Numbered from the stretch's first letter, positions 39,701 to 53,278 are shown. The stretch is 64,000 nucleotides of DNA from Chrysomallon squamiferum (GCA_012295275.1 CM022678.1:3782001-3846000), one strand, 5' to 3'. Notes: generated from the sequence alone by a model not told the origin. Numbers and translations are program-made.

Positions 39701-40726
39701 GGACACACTTCTAGCAACTCTGCTGCTTTATTTGGAAACTTTGATGAAAACAGCAGAAACAAAGAGTCAAACAGTGACTGATGAATAAATGTGTATTTAT
39801 TGTCACAACGCTTCAAATACGTACCACACATTACATCAGCTGTTTCCTTTATATCTGTAAGATCAGTGTTTTTCAGACCTCTACAGACTCGCTCTAGCAA
39901 TTTTACTAATTTCATTATGTCACTGTCAGTGTCATTTTCAAATGGGTCCAGTGAATCAATGCTGAGACTGCCTTGTTGGAACAAGATCAGCAGTAGAACC
40001 AGGTAGTTGATCTGTGAAGATTTGTCATTTTTCAAATATTCCAATTGGTGTCTGAGATATTCTACAGGATTCTTAAAAAACTTAACTCCTCTTTTTTGTG
40101 CATCACTTGAATTAACATAATACAAACACACCTGAGGAAATCCTAACTCTGTACCTGAACACTTAATGACAGTTATTGCATGATTTTTCTGCATAGTAAC
40201 TTTCTTTTGTTTGAGATATTTGTTTAGAATTTCTTTCTTTTCATCATAATCCAGACAACAGTCATCACTCTGCAGATCAAGAACATGCTTCTCATTAAAC
40301 AGACTAAATTCCTTCAAACTAATTTCACTTTCTGAAAATATTTGTTTTCTTAAAGTAATAATACATTTCAAAGAACCATCCTGAACAAGCATCCATAGCT
40401 TAGGAAATTTCAGTTGCCATGAGTCTATAAAATCTGTAACAAGATTAGTCTTACCAAAAATGTCATCAATGAGAACAATACATTTGTTATTTTCAGATAG
40501 AGAGATGTCATTGAATTCATTGTGATGCGTCAGCAAGTAAGATTCTCTTTTCTCTTCTTTTTCTATCTGTGTCATCATGCTCAAAGCTACAGTTGTCTTT
40601 CCTGAACCTGGAATTCCTACTACAATCACAACACCATGCTTCTTCAAAAGTTCAACACCTCTTTCTTCTGCTCTTGTTTTAACATAGACACTCTGTCAGC
40701 TGAATTTAACATCAATCTGGTAGACT
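30742..40726 (-). CDS. Giant NLR-like protein main exon: STAND NTPase (nSTAND3-type) + about 70 ankyrin repeats (>3300 aa)
   Basis: Walker A GIPGSGKTT, Walker B CIVLIDDIFG, GFPQ motif and winged-helix-like YTFIHQSLFD, then 34 counted ankyrin doublets (GETPLF.A...YLLEHGADP / NSVLHLAA..GN.EIV..LIEKG). One uninterrupted ~10-kb exon with acceptor ttattcag at 40726. Confidence 0.93.
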
Positions 40727-41017
40727 CTGAATAACAACATTTAAAAAAGAACCCATCTATTATTAATTGTTTTGTACACATTTTACTATTTAAATATAAA
40801 TAATATAACTTTTAACATCATCGAATGTGACGTTTTTTAAAAAAATAATGCAATAGTTTGCTGTCGTAATTTTAGTTCATCACAATTTTATGACAATAAT
40901 AAAATAACACAGTTGTAGATGGTGTAAATGTAGCAAAATGTAACTTGTTATATATAAATGTCATCAAAAACTATACAAATAATAATAAAACACACACACA
41001 CACACATCCATACATAC

Positions 41018-42069
41018 CTTTGATAATGGATGCTCTTCCATCAGTCTTTGCTGAAATAATATAAAAAATATAACAAGTAAATTTATGTTACTAGTGGTGA
41101 GTAAAAGAGAATGATTAAAGTGATCTGCAACTTATTCTTACTACTGATACTAGCTATTTATTGTTATCTTTGATATATTATTATTATTATTATTGTGGTT
41201 GTTGTTACCTGTATTATATTTCAGTATTTAAAGCTGATTATAATGACAAGAATATAGTCTAGTTTAATTCATGTCGAGTTATATTAATAGTTTAAGTACA
41301 ATATCTAGATCAGTTTAACACACATACACTGTGTCTCCGTGTGTAATGCATGTCTTCATATATGCATGTGTTCTGTGTAAGTGTTAAGTGGGTATGTATG
41401 CACACATGCATGTATGTATTGGTGTCTGTCGATGGGCAGGTTTCTACGTTGTTCAGGTTACACTGTCTTACAAAAAAGTACTAATGACTTCTGTGATATG
41501 TATTCTGTTATTTATTAAACAGCTAGACACAAGAAAACTTTCAGTTTTTAACTTACTGATTTTAATAACTTGATCTCCAAACACAACATTCCTGTTATTA
41601 GACACAGCCTGGTATTTCTGAACTGTGTTGATATTTACATTCTGTTGTACCACTTGTTGTGTTCTTCCAGCTGAGTAAAAGAAATTATTTAAATTCACAA
41701 TTTATATAAATAATTTCTAAAAGTAAAACCATTTTTATCTACATGTAGATACGTGATAGTGTACAGTATTAATACAATCTGTCCTGAATATAATGATAAA
41801 ATTATAAGATTTAAAAAAGGTATTTAATAGTGTTATCTATGTATGTTCAAAATAATCAAATAATAATAGAGGTGTATTTTCTAACACAAAGCAGACCAAA
41901 ATCTTTGAATTGTTAATTATGAATATAAAATGAAAAAAGTGTCACTTTTCAAACCCTAACAAGAATAGAAATACTTCATTATTAAAGGTATTAATGATTT
42001 TGTCATACTCTCTGAGGAAGAAACGTCTGTGGCATCAGATGAAATTTCTGAATTCTCTTCGTCATCCAT
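41018..42069 (-). CDS. Three small 5' coding exons of the STAND-ankyrin gene (42069-42009, 41670-41557, 41050-41018)
   Basis: Canonical AG/GT sites, all phase 1, joining without stops: MDDEENSEISSDATDVSSSE-T-GRTQQVVQQNVNINTVQKYQAVSNNRNVVFGDQVIKI-T-KTDGRASIIK-E. Confidence 0.65.
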
Positions 42070-43053
42070 GATTGCTGATCTGTAAAAAATAATTTAATGA
42101 TTTTTTTAATTACATGACAGATTTTTTATTCACTATTTTATAGTGTCAGACATGTGGTTAAAAAAATTCAGATAACAAAAAAAAAAAAGAACCCAGAAGA
42201 AACCCACTGCCACCATTTGATGGTCTACTCTTTCTCATTAATAACAAGTGATATTTCATTTACACCTACCCACAGACTGCATTCTCAACTTTTGTTCTAT
42301 AAATATATTCCTGAAATATTTTATGAAATAACAGAATCTAAATAGGTTTTAATAAATGTCCTAATTTTGTAAATAGTGACGTTAGATTGTTATATAAAAA
42401 AACAGTCTTGAAAACATAATAATTACCTCATTGCTAATGTGAAAACTTAATACTGTTGTAATTAATTACTATAACATCATATTAGAATCAATTCATTCAA
42501 AACAGTTTATAACAGATAACTGATCATTATCACAAAGCATGCACAAGATGCTTTCTAAACTGCAGTACTATATTATGTCTATAAAATAATTGTCACAATA
42601 GTCATACATTGATATACTTTAGTTTTATTGTAAATATAATCATTATTAGAATAGTTAATAGTTATATTAATTTATAACTTAGTTTTGTAGTAGATATAAT
42701 TATCACAATAGCTATACTATCATTTACATTGGTTTTGTAATCAATTATTACAATAGTTATATCTTAGTTTTGTAGTAAATGTACTACCAATCAGAATAAT
42801 TATACAAAGTAACAATTACATTAGTTATTCCTAGTTAATTCTAGTCTTTTGACTAGCTTTGGCAACTGAAGTTTTATCAGTCTTCTGCTGTACATTGTAC
42901 ACTTATGATATTAAATTAAATTTTAATATTTTTTACTGACAATCACATTTATTATTTGAAATGTGTACATGATGTGTGTTTATATGTGTGTTTCTGCTTA
43001 CATCTGTGTGTATATGTAGGTAATTTGAACAAATAGTACGTTTACTTACTTAC

Positions 43054-43530
43054 AATTCAGTTTAACCCATCTTTAGAGTTTAGCTGTTGTATGTTAAACC
43101 AGTTGTTTGTCACTGACCATACAACTTTTCTGACCTGTCAACAGAACAATACAGAACTTACATACTGATTTAACTTTCTTCTTAAATTAATATTGTCAAG
43201 TAATACATTTTCCTTTCTTTATTATTATGAAAATATTTACTCAAAATATTATATAAAAAAGAAAAAAGAAAAAAGAAGAATAAACTGCAAAAAAACCCCA
43301 CAAAAACTAAAAAACTTACTAAAATTAAAATCATTCCATTATAATTGTTGTTTTTCAAAGTATCAAACATTATTAATTGACTCTGTTATAATACTGACTG
43401 CAGAATCACACATGTACATCGATACATTACTCTCAAAACATTTACTTACAATTCAGTTTATCCCATCTTTAGATTTTAGCTGTTGTATGCTAAACCAGTT
43501 GTCTGTCACTGACCATACAACTCTTCTGTC
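43054..43530 (-). other. Two duplicated 81-nt exons (43530-43450, 43134-43054), probably 5' UTR of the STAND-ankyrin gene
   Basis: Near-identical blocks, each bounded by cag| and |gtaagt; stops in all frames. Confidence 0.55.
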
Positions 43531-45554
43531 CTGTCAGTGAAACAATATAAAACACAGATGTCTACACATTTTATTTATTATTAATTTGTGTCAATTTTCA
43601 TTTAGAAAATAAAATAAATAAATAAAATATAATACAATAAAGATATTTTCAAAAACAACAACAAAAATCCACACTCTCAAAAACAGAAACGGTTCTAATT
43701 AGAAAAGACAGGATGAAATCTTGGAAGTATTTCCATATCATATGCTTGTAACTTTTAATGTCATTGATGAAATAATTTTTACCTTTTTTTTTTTTTACAC
43801 AGGATTTCAGTTAATAAACAGGAAATTTGTCACAAATATTTTCGCCAAAAAATCCAAATACCTAGATAGCAACAAAATCAAGATAACTATACTGAAAGAC
43901 AATGCACTTATGTGTACTGTTTTGGTACAAGGTCATGTAATTTGTGTACATATATATATTTATATATCTCAGTATACTTTTTATTACTCTGTAAACTACT
44001 GTCTGGGCAAGCACTGTGCTATTTTGGGTCCAGTATTGAGGAGCTGTAGTATGTAATAATTTGTTATCTCAGTAAACTTGTTTTATCACCCAACCCATTA
44101 TAACACCAACATTAGCTGAACACCAATGTCAGCATTACAGAGATTTATTACTGCATACATACTGGCAAAATATGATGACTACATACATTTATTTGTGGGC
44201 ATGACCAAAAAGTATAGCTTTCTGGGACAGATGTCTGTTTACTTTGACAAAATATGTATTTATAGACACACACACACTACATTTACTTCCTTAATATTCA
44301 AGTTTTAGGTTTAGGTTTTAAAAGACCATTCTGAAAACAGTTTTCATTCAAAAAAATAATCAGTAGCAGATAAGTATAAACTACTTGTTTTGATTTATAA
44401 CGTTAACAAAATCCAATTTTTGTGATATTTAGGACTGCACTGAAAAAGATATAACTGGTTACTGTTTTAACATATCAGACCAGCTTTATCCTGGTCAGAT
44501 CCAATGTTGAAAGCCTCGCTGTAGTTTGGCATTCTTATCTTTGCAGGATAACGTAGACACATCAGCAACCAGTTATTCCGTATATAAATATGTGTGTGTG
44601 TTTGTGTGGAGAGATTCATTATATGAACTAGTCACTATAATCTTAAACTGTATGTACTGTTACAAATTATAAGATCATTGTGACTATTTAACTATTTATG
44701 TTTAGTGTCGTGATTTGACTAAAATGACTGATCAAAAACTAATTTATATCAGACTTGAATACACATTGGATACATGTGTCTACATTCAGAGTATCATTCA
44801 TGCACATATAGAATGAAGAGAGAAGGAAAAAGGACATACAGAAGAAAAAGACTTATATGGAAATAATTCTAGAATAATAATATAATGCAAAGAGCATTTT
44901 CTTTAATAATTAATTATCTTCTTCTCTTTCACAATACTAGAGCCAACTAAAGGTCTGTACATAGTATTATTGTCCGTTTTACAGTAAGGAATAGGATGAA
45001 TTCTTGGTAACAGCACATAAATCTCTGCAGAAGGAAGTCAAATATTATTTTGAAGAGTTAATGTATCTGCAACTTTACATTTTACATGTCTATTAAATTT
45101 AACAGAGAAGGCAAACAGTTTGGTGAAACTTTTCATAGCCTACAATGATATAAGATATAAAACATTAATTTTACATAGATGTGTGTGTGTGTGTTATACA
45201 CACAAACAACATAATTATATATATCCATAATTATATAACTCATTAACTGCCACTATTTATTTCAAAACAGCAGTAGGCACACCAACAGTAAGACCATATT
45301 CTCAGAAACTGATCACATACTGATAACTACAAGGGTGGGATGGAAGGTTTGAATAGCTGAATTATTTTTAAATTTAATTTCCTAAAGCTTTTGAGAATTT
45401 TAGTTAATAAACAGGTATTGAATCGCAAACAGTTATTATCCAGTTTGTTTATCGAGTCGGCGCAATTTTAGAGAAGAACAAGAAATAAAAGAATGTAAAG
45501 AATCGAAGGAATTATATCTTTATCCGAATAATAATAATAATAAAAGAATGTACA

Positions 45555-45680
45555 TTACCAGTTTTCTTTAGCATTCTATTTTCCGGTACATCACAACAAC
45601 ATTCGCCATTTTACATCACGTGGCTCTGTTCAGTGACGTAAAATATAAACCGGATTTGTGACCTGGACCGGAAATCGTGG
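45555..45680 (-). promoter_or_regulatory. Putative promoter/first exon, likely of the STAND-ankyrin gene
   Basis: CpG-enriched patch with YY1-like CGCCATTTT, E-box CACGTG, half-CRE TGACGTA and ETS-like CCGGAA, followed on the minus strand by donor actg|gtaatg. Confidence 0.45.
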
Positions 45681-45775
45681 TTAACAGATGAAAACTTCCG
45701 ATTAGGGCAAAAACATCAAGCGTGCATCTGTATATAGGTACTGGTAAATATAATTTCATCTTCGAATAATAACTG

Positions 45776-45824
<49 letters not shown>

Positions 45825-46193
45825 GTATATTATAGATGGTTTTTCAAAAAGTAACCTAAACAAATTATGTTTCTATTTTTATTCGAACAACAGTGATGGT
45901 TGATGATATTCTCCAATTATACCGTAAAAAAAAAAAAAAAAAGATAAAAACATATGAAAACAGTGAATTTTGCCAGCTCAAATCTTTCACAAGATTATAC
46001 ACAGAAGCATGAAAATGCAGGTATTTAAGCATTTAACATATAGATACTGCTTATTTATTTATTTATTGATTTTTATTCAAATTCTGAGCTACAGTTCAAA
46101 ACTGACCCTAAATTTAGACTGCATTTTGAGCCAGTTCTTTCAAATACAATAAAATACCTAATTATAACCCTGCCTTTTGTTCAGAATGAAAAG

Positions 46194-46245
<52 letters not shown>

Positions 46246-47823
46246 GTTTTGATTACAAAAACATATGTTTTGACTTTTTATTATTCACTGAAAACAATAT
46301 AGCAAAAGATAATAAAATAAATAAATCATTATTTATTTCTTTATTGATTTATAATACGATTTTATTAGTTCGTATTATAAACAACAGAATATGAATAAAT
46401 AAATAAATAAAATAAAATAAAATAAAACAAAATAAAATTATTATATTGTGAAATAAATAACAGTGTACCTGTCAATCGAAATCGAAGTAAAACCCGAATG
46501 TTGTCAACTAACGAATTGTTTGCTCTGTGAATCGTTGGCTTAGAGTCGGGGCGGGCAAACTTTTTAAAACAAGGACCGGATGGACCATATAGGAAGAGCA
46601 TGAAGGCCATAATATCAAATGAGAACTAAAAAACATTTCAAAACATGTATTTTAAGTAAACAGTCAATTCACTTCTGACGAACGTTAGAAGAGTTAATGA
46701 GAAGGATGTTGCTGCATACCATAGCGATTCAATGTCATTCTTTAACTGATGGTGGACAGGCGAAGAATGTCATATCGTTTGCATATTTTGAATCGAGTGC
46801 AGCAAGCAGCCATTTGTATGCGGGCACTATTGATTCGACGAGCGCCTTTAAGACGCCTTAAGTTTTAAACTTGATTCGACTTGAATAATAATAATAAAAA
46901 AGAAAACAGCTGTGTCAACTGACTTTATTTCATTGACTGTTATCTCTGTAAGACGACACGTCAAAGGTTTGTATGTAGTGTTTAACTCTGGTTGCTTGGT
47001 GTCAATGTAAACACGTTTTACATCAGTTCTAAGTATAAAAAACTTGAAAAACTGGTTTCATATGTGAATATGATTTACAGGGCGAGCGTAGAGTGTTTAA
47101 ATACAGCTTAAAATCGCACGCACGCACACACAGACAGACACACACAATTATAAATATTGTGTGTGAATGAGACTTATTTTGTAAATTCAATGTAAACAAA
47201 CAAACGTTTTAATATTTTGTCATCTAATTTAGTTCTCCATGTTTGTTTGGCTACGTCTCTGATAGTTTTAATAACAAACTTTAAAAACCTGGTTTTAAAC
47301 TATGCGACTTGAATAAAAATGAAAAAAAAGCTTCAACTGATCAAAAAGATATTTTAACTGAGTAGTTCGGCGGGTCTTATAAAAAACTTCGGGACGAGAA
47401 TATATCATTTATTTTTTTAGAATAAGTTTAAATAGACTGGTTAAAATCAATGTAAATACGTTTTACATCAGTTCTACAACGAGCACAAACTGGTTTGTAT
47501 ACTTGAAACAAATATAAATATTGTGATTGAGACTTATTTTGTAAAATTCTTATAAATATTGAAGACTTATTTTGTAAATTCAGCAAGGAAGACCACTCAA
47601 AGTAAACAAACAAACGTGCACAAATTTAATGTTTTTGTCATCTAATTTATTAATGAAGATTTTGTAAATGTTAATGAGTAAATGTTGGCAAGCCTTTCAA
47701 TATACGTCTGACTTAGCGAGTATTTAATGTGTTTCTTTTGTGTCTGTGTTGGTAATTAAAACGTTACTATAGGTGTAGAAAGTACCAGATATAGAGTATG
47801 TGTTGCTACATAAATGCATTTAT

Positions 47824-47903
<80 letters not shown>

Positions 47904-48874
47904 TTATTCTCTTCTTCGGATATGATTTTTAGCAATGACAGTGATATACACACCTACTAAACTATTTAAGAAAAATAAGTAAATGAATATACAGTCGTAT
48001 TCACAGTTGAACACAAAAATTCATTAAACCATTTATCTTTAAAACTAGCCAATTTTCATTTTCTATAAAAAAAATAATGAACACTTTCAAAACAATAAAG
48101 TTATTTTTTTCCTAATTCGTGTCCACGTCACAATATATGATAATTATACACACACATAATAAAATATTACAAAAAAAGGAAAAAAAAAAAAGAATCACAT
48201 TCGCAGTTCAGCACTAAAATTTTCCATTAAATCGATTTATTTTTAACGCTGGCCATAATGAATGTAATACAGACTTGTCAAACAACAATGTCTGCTCTGT
48301 GCTAATTCGCTCGTACGTGACAAAACTCAGGTTAAGTATTTTAGAGAGGTGCATGTCTAGATCACGTGACGATTATCTGACTCAAAACTAACATGACCTT
48401 GACCGGTGAGCTTGTGTATTTTAAAATCTAACGGCAGAGATAACTGGGTATTAATAATAAACTTTTCATTCTTAAACATTTACCAACTTAGTTGATATTG
48501 TACGATTTATCTTTCGTTTAATTTCTTAATTCATTGCAATATTGTAATTTAATTAATAATTTCATTTAACGAAAACTAAAAGACAAAAACTAGAACAAAA
48601 TCAACTAATGAATATAATTATAAGAAGGAATATTTATTTTAGTCATTTTAAATTGCAGCTCAATTTTAGATTATAAATCAGTACAGAGAAATTAACCTAT
48701 TACTTTATTAATGTTGAAAATATTTTTAACTAATGGTTAATCATAATTATTCTAAATTTTTTGCAACCGAATAGACTGAATTATATCAGATAATATTTAT
48801 GGACATGTGTACATACATACATACATACATACAAAAATAATGTTAACTTTTTCTGTAACACTTAATACAAAATA

Positions 48875-48937
<63 letters not shown>

Positions 48938-49745
48938 AATAATAAATAAATAATAAATAAATAAATAGGTAAATAAATAAATAGATGGATAAACATATAA
49001 ATAATAAAAACAGGGAATTCCGCGCATTCAAACGTTTCTGTATTTTGATTATTGTTGTATATTTATTTATTTATTTAAGTTTTGTATTCCTGCATACACG
49101 TGAATAAAAGTTACAGGACTAATACGCAAAACACAAAAACACAAAAAAAAACAACACATCTTAAATGCTTTCACAAGGAAGTGAAAGAAGATATAAACAC
49201 AGGAGAAAGACCTGATTACTGAGGTGCTGTATTAGAGTAATATCAGTGTGAAGTAACTGGCTACAAGAAAAGGAGAAGTAAAAAATCGAATCTTAAATAA
49301 CTAAAATTCTCTGTGCGAAAAGATTAATAGTAGAAATTAAATAATCCATAATTACCTCATATAATAAATGAATTCAGTATCACTGCATGCTTACATTATT
49401 TAATAATATTTAAAAAATGAAAATTCAAAAAATTCAAAATTCAATAACAAAATAGCGTTATGTATAAACCAATTTCCGCAAGGAAAGAAAGACCAAGATA
49501 AGCAAAACACAAAATATTTATACAACTGCTCATAGTATTACTAACTTTTGGTTTAACCACTGTTTTGGAGGCCATCACACTAAAGTGCATCAAATGATTT
49601 TTAACTGACAATACCAGTATAACTGGGGCAATTAACAACAGTGTGGGGTATGTCTTGCTTGATGAGTGTCATGATTTGTCCTTGTTTGTAAATGAATACA
49701 AATCTCCTTTGCTGAATGTCGTTGAATAAAACGTAAAGTTGAAAT

Positions 49746-50040
49746 TTACGTTAATGTTGCATGAAGGGGTGTTTTACATGCACTGTTTAAAATATTTATA
49801 GCAGCACCTTTTTCAGTCAGTACTGTCACAATTTCTATTTTTCCATGTTGTCCTGCTGCTTGGTGTAAAACAGAATTAATATCACAGGCTCTTGAATTAA
49901 GATCAGCTCCATGTTCCAGAAAATAAAAAGCTACGTCTCTATAATCACAATTCAGTGCCACAGTAAGAGCTGTTTCACATAGATAATTTATAGGATTTAC
50001 ACCAGCCCCTTTCTTAATTAGTGCTGCTACAATTTCAATA
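49746..50040 (-). pseudogene. Decayed ankyrin fragment paralogous to the STAND-ankyrin gene
   Basis: FYFLEHGADLN...NSVLHQAA...KIEIVTVLTEKG has the same doublet consensus; upstream IEIVAALIKKG is disrupted. Confidence 0.8.
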
Positions 50041-50611
50041 ATTCAATGTTAACCCTTCAGCAGGGAATTCACCTTCCACAACTTTCATTGTTGATTCTGA
50101 AATGTGGAAATAGTACTGATTTTGAATCTATTATAAACTTCTTTGAATGACGTTTGTTTGACTAGATGAAAATCTAAATCAGTCCAGGAAAATACTCTGT
50201 GTGTAGTCGTTTCAAAGTGTTAATTGAAAAGTAACTGTAATACTCATGACAAAAAATAATCAATCAATAACTAGTGTGTGTAATACTGTTAAGCAAACTA
50301 TATGTTTAAATTATGCTTGTTTAGTATATATGTATGTATGTCTGAAAGTTAATTAGATGAATAGAAATATTGTAACTGTATTAGTTCATAATTGTTTTTA
50401 AACGAAAACACAAATAAAAAGCCGAGATTCGGATTGCAGAGTCCGGGATCGCACAAAACATTTTAGATTTTAAATTTTAAATTTTAAATAAAGAATGAAC
50501 AGGCACTACTAAAAACAGTACAGTTTACGTTTTGCCAGTCTGTAGTAGAAATCGAAGTAAAACCGGAATCTTGTCAACTGATCGTGTGTGTGTGTTTTAA
50601 TTGTTAACACT

Positions 50612-51652
50612 TTAACACTTTACTGATTCTTCAATGTCCAGTATTGCTGCAAACAACGACTCTGCATTAGGAAAATCCTTCCCGTTTCTCTGTCTCTCTA
50701 ACTCTATTGCCTTCCTTACACTTTCTATGCTGCATCCAAACTCTAACACAGCGTCTATCATCGTACTTCGCACACCCGACATGACGTCATCGTCGTTGCG
50801 CACACCCGAAATGACGTCATCATCGTTGCGAACACCCGACATGTCGTCATCATCGTTACCAACTCCCCCGACTGCGCCTTCTGTGTCTGTGACGTTATTA
50901 GATACACCGGTGATAGTTCTCACTTCCACAGAGGATTCGTTCCTGTTTGTATTTCCTCCATCACAGACCGTATCGGGTTTCCTTTCAGAATGTTGTTCTT
51001 TGTTTTTCTTTATCTCAGTTCTATTCAATTCCGGTTTTGTCTCGTCACTATTTGACGACACTCCGCGTCTGGGTAGTTCTTGTCTTTGTCGAGCAAACTG
51101 GCAGTCGGGAGACCATGTGACATGGGCTTCCAGTGGAAAATCATCCTCGTCCCAGTCTCGTAGAGTGATACCACACTGGAAACATCTTGCTCTGTCCGCA
51201 GATCCCAAGTAGAAAAAACCCTCTGCCGCCATGGACGGTGGACTTTGGTGTGCGTATTTTAGAGGCCACCCAAAGTAACTGTCTAGCCTCTTCTGGTAGT
51301 TCTCGTATGACGGGTATTTCGGAGGAATTGTTGTCTCCACATTATTTCTACTAGCTTCCGATGTCGTCTGGTTTTTCCCGCCAAACCACTTATTAATGTA
51401 AGAGCAGTTCGGGGAGCGTTTGCGATGTGTTTCAATGGCGTCGTATGACGGCAACCAGTTGTCTACTTGCAGGCTACAAGTTTCACATTTCACTTTGTCA
51501 CAGATACCAGTATACAGAAATCCAGATATAGCTAGCTGGAGAGCAAGTTCTTTCCGATTCCAACCTCTGTACGTAGCATACCGCAGTTTTATTTTGTCTG
51601 CTTCTGTGACGATGTTTACTGAAGGAGAAGAGAAATCACTGGCTTCTGCCAT
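50612..51652 (-). CDS. IAP4 (BIR-BIR-UBA-like, no RING), 346 aa
   Basis: Start MAEASD inferred from paralogs, both BIR Zn motifs intact, acceptor tttccagtttcag upstream, candidate first-exon donor near 52851. Confidence 0.92.
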   Translation of the reverse strand: MAEASDFSSPSVNIVTEADKIKLRYATYRGWNRKELALQLAISGFLYTGICDKVKCETCSLQVDNWLPSYDAIETHRKRSPNCSYINKWFGGKNQTTSEASRNNVETTIPPKYPSYENYQKRLDSYFGWPLKYAHQSPPSMAAEGFFYLGSADRARCFQCGITLRDWDEDDFPLEAHVTWSPDCQFARQRQELPRRGVSSNSDETKPELNRTEIKKNKEQHSERKPDTVCDGGNTNRNESSVEVRTITGVSNNVTDTEGAVGGVGNDDDDMSGVRNDDDVISGVRNDDDVMSGVRSTMIDAVLEFGCSIESVRKAIELERQRNGKDFPNAESLFAAILDIEESVKC

Positions 51653-53242
51653 CACAGTTTTTTGTTTGGTTTTAATATCTGAAACTGGAAATGAAACAGT
51701 ATACATAAACAACTAGCATAACTAGCGAAATATGTATGTTTGTATGTATATATCTATGTGTATGTATGTATCTATGTGTATGTAAGTGCATAATTGATTT
51801 ATTTATTTATTTACTTATATATTTAAAAAATAATGAAAACAAATTATATATATATATATATATCAATCTCACCTCATTGGTTATGCAGGGTTTTTAATTA
51901 GGTGTTGGGCGTGGCTGGAAAAACAGGGTACAGACAGTTGCTGATATATTTTTTGTCAATAAAATGTCATTTTATGTTATGGTATGTTTGTATAATTTGT
52001 TTAGTGGGAATCTTGGATAAATGAATCAATAAAGTAAGTTAACAAAAATAATTCTCAGGCAGCTATATCATACAATATTTTTATTTATTTTATTTTATTT
52101 TTTTTAAATAAAGCTTCGGTGATCAAAATGTTAAGAGTTGTGGAGTGGTGATAAAAAGCCAAAAAAAAAAAAAAAATTACTAAAAACATAATTCTGTCTA
52201 AATCAACAATAATATTTGAATATTTATCCTAAAATTATATTGTAATTAGTATTTTACACCTGTACCTGAAACACATTATATCAGTCTATGCGTTTGGTGT
52301 TCATAATTACAATCAGAAGTAACTACCTCCTTAAACAAACAATTACAGAACCTCAGAAACTTTAATTAAGTGAAATTTTGTAATTAACAAACCTTTGAAG
52401 TTGTGTCTTTAGAAATTCTATGTTTTATAGCTTGGTTTTAATCAACAAAAAATTCTGTTATATTTTATTAATAAAATAATAAATAAAATTTTATTAATTA
52501 AAAAAACAATAATTCTGATCAGTTGTCCTATTTTTCATTGCCCTGTGTTTTGGAAAGACATGTGACCCTAACTGTGAATGCAACTGTAAACTAATCTACA
52601 TAAATAATAGTGGCAGTATTTAGAGAGGGTGATCATCTCCTCGTCTATCTAACTACGACCAGATATGTCAGTAACATGACACTGAGCACAGATATATGTT
52701 AGAAAAAAAAAAATATATATATATATATATATAAAGGATTATTTTTTTAAAAAGAATAAACAAACATCGGTTTAAAATGATATCAGCAGATAATTTCAAT
52801 AATATCGTGTTAAACAAATATAAAGAAAACAATAAAATTATGCTCACTTACTGAAAAAGAAAATGGCTGCCGCTGTACACTACTCGTTGACTGTATTTTT
52901 AGACACGCGTAACTTCTGTCATGCGTACAGTTAGGTTACGAAACCACACGAACGAATAAATATTTCCTTCTTTCTTTTTTTCTCTTTTTTTTTCTCCCAC
53001 TTCTGTGCAATACAGAAATAATTATATTAACCAGTTCAGCATGAGAAACTTTTAATTGTCAAAAGACAAACTCACAGGTTTTATTTCATTATAGGTAATG
53101 CTAAAGACGCGTTCAAACTGGTCGATTGTGTGTAATGATATTTTATTACTGCAGTAATGCAAGCAAAGAAATATGTTGGCATATTTCCAATTTATATGAA
53201 TGGCTGTACGTGTTCATATGTATATATTTGCATGTATGTAGG

Positions 53243-53278
<36 letters not shown>

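Noticed and set aside
46540-46600. hAT/Charlie-like terminus (ggggcgggcaaacttttt)
   Set aside because: No matching second end or TSD found.
50634-51716. Antisense ORFs over the IAP genes (also 3525-3887, 15518-15763, 22506-23382)
   Set aside because: Shadow frames with lengths inconsistent among paralogs and no domain signal.
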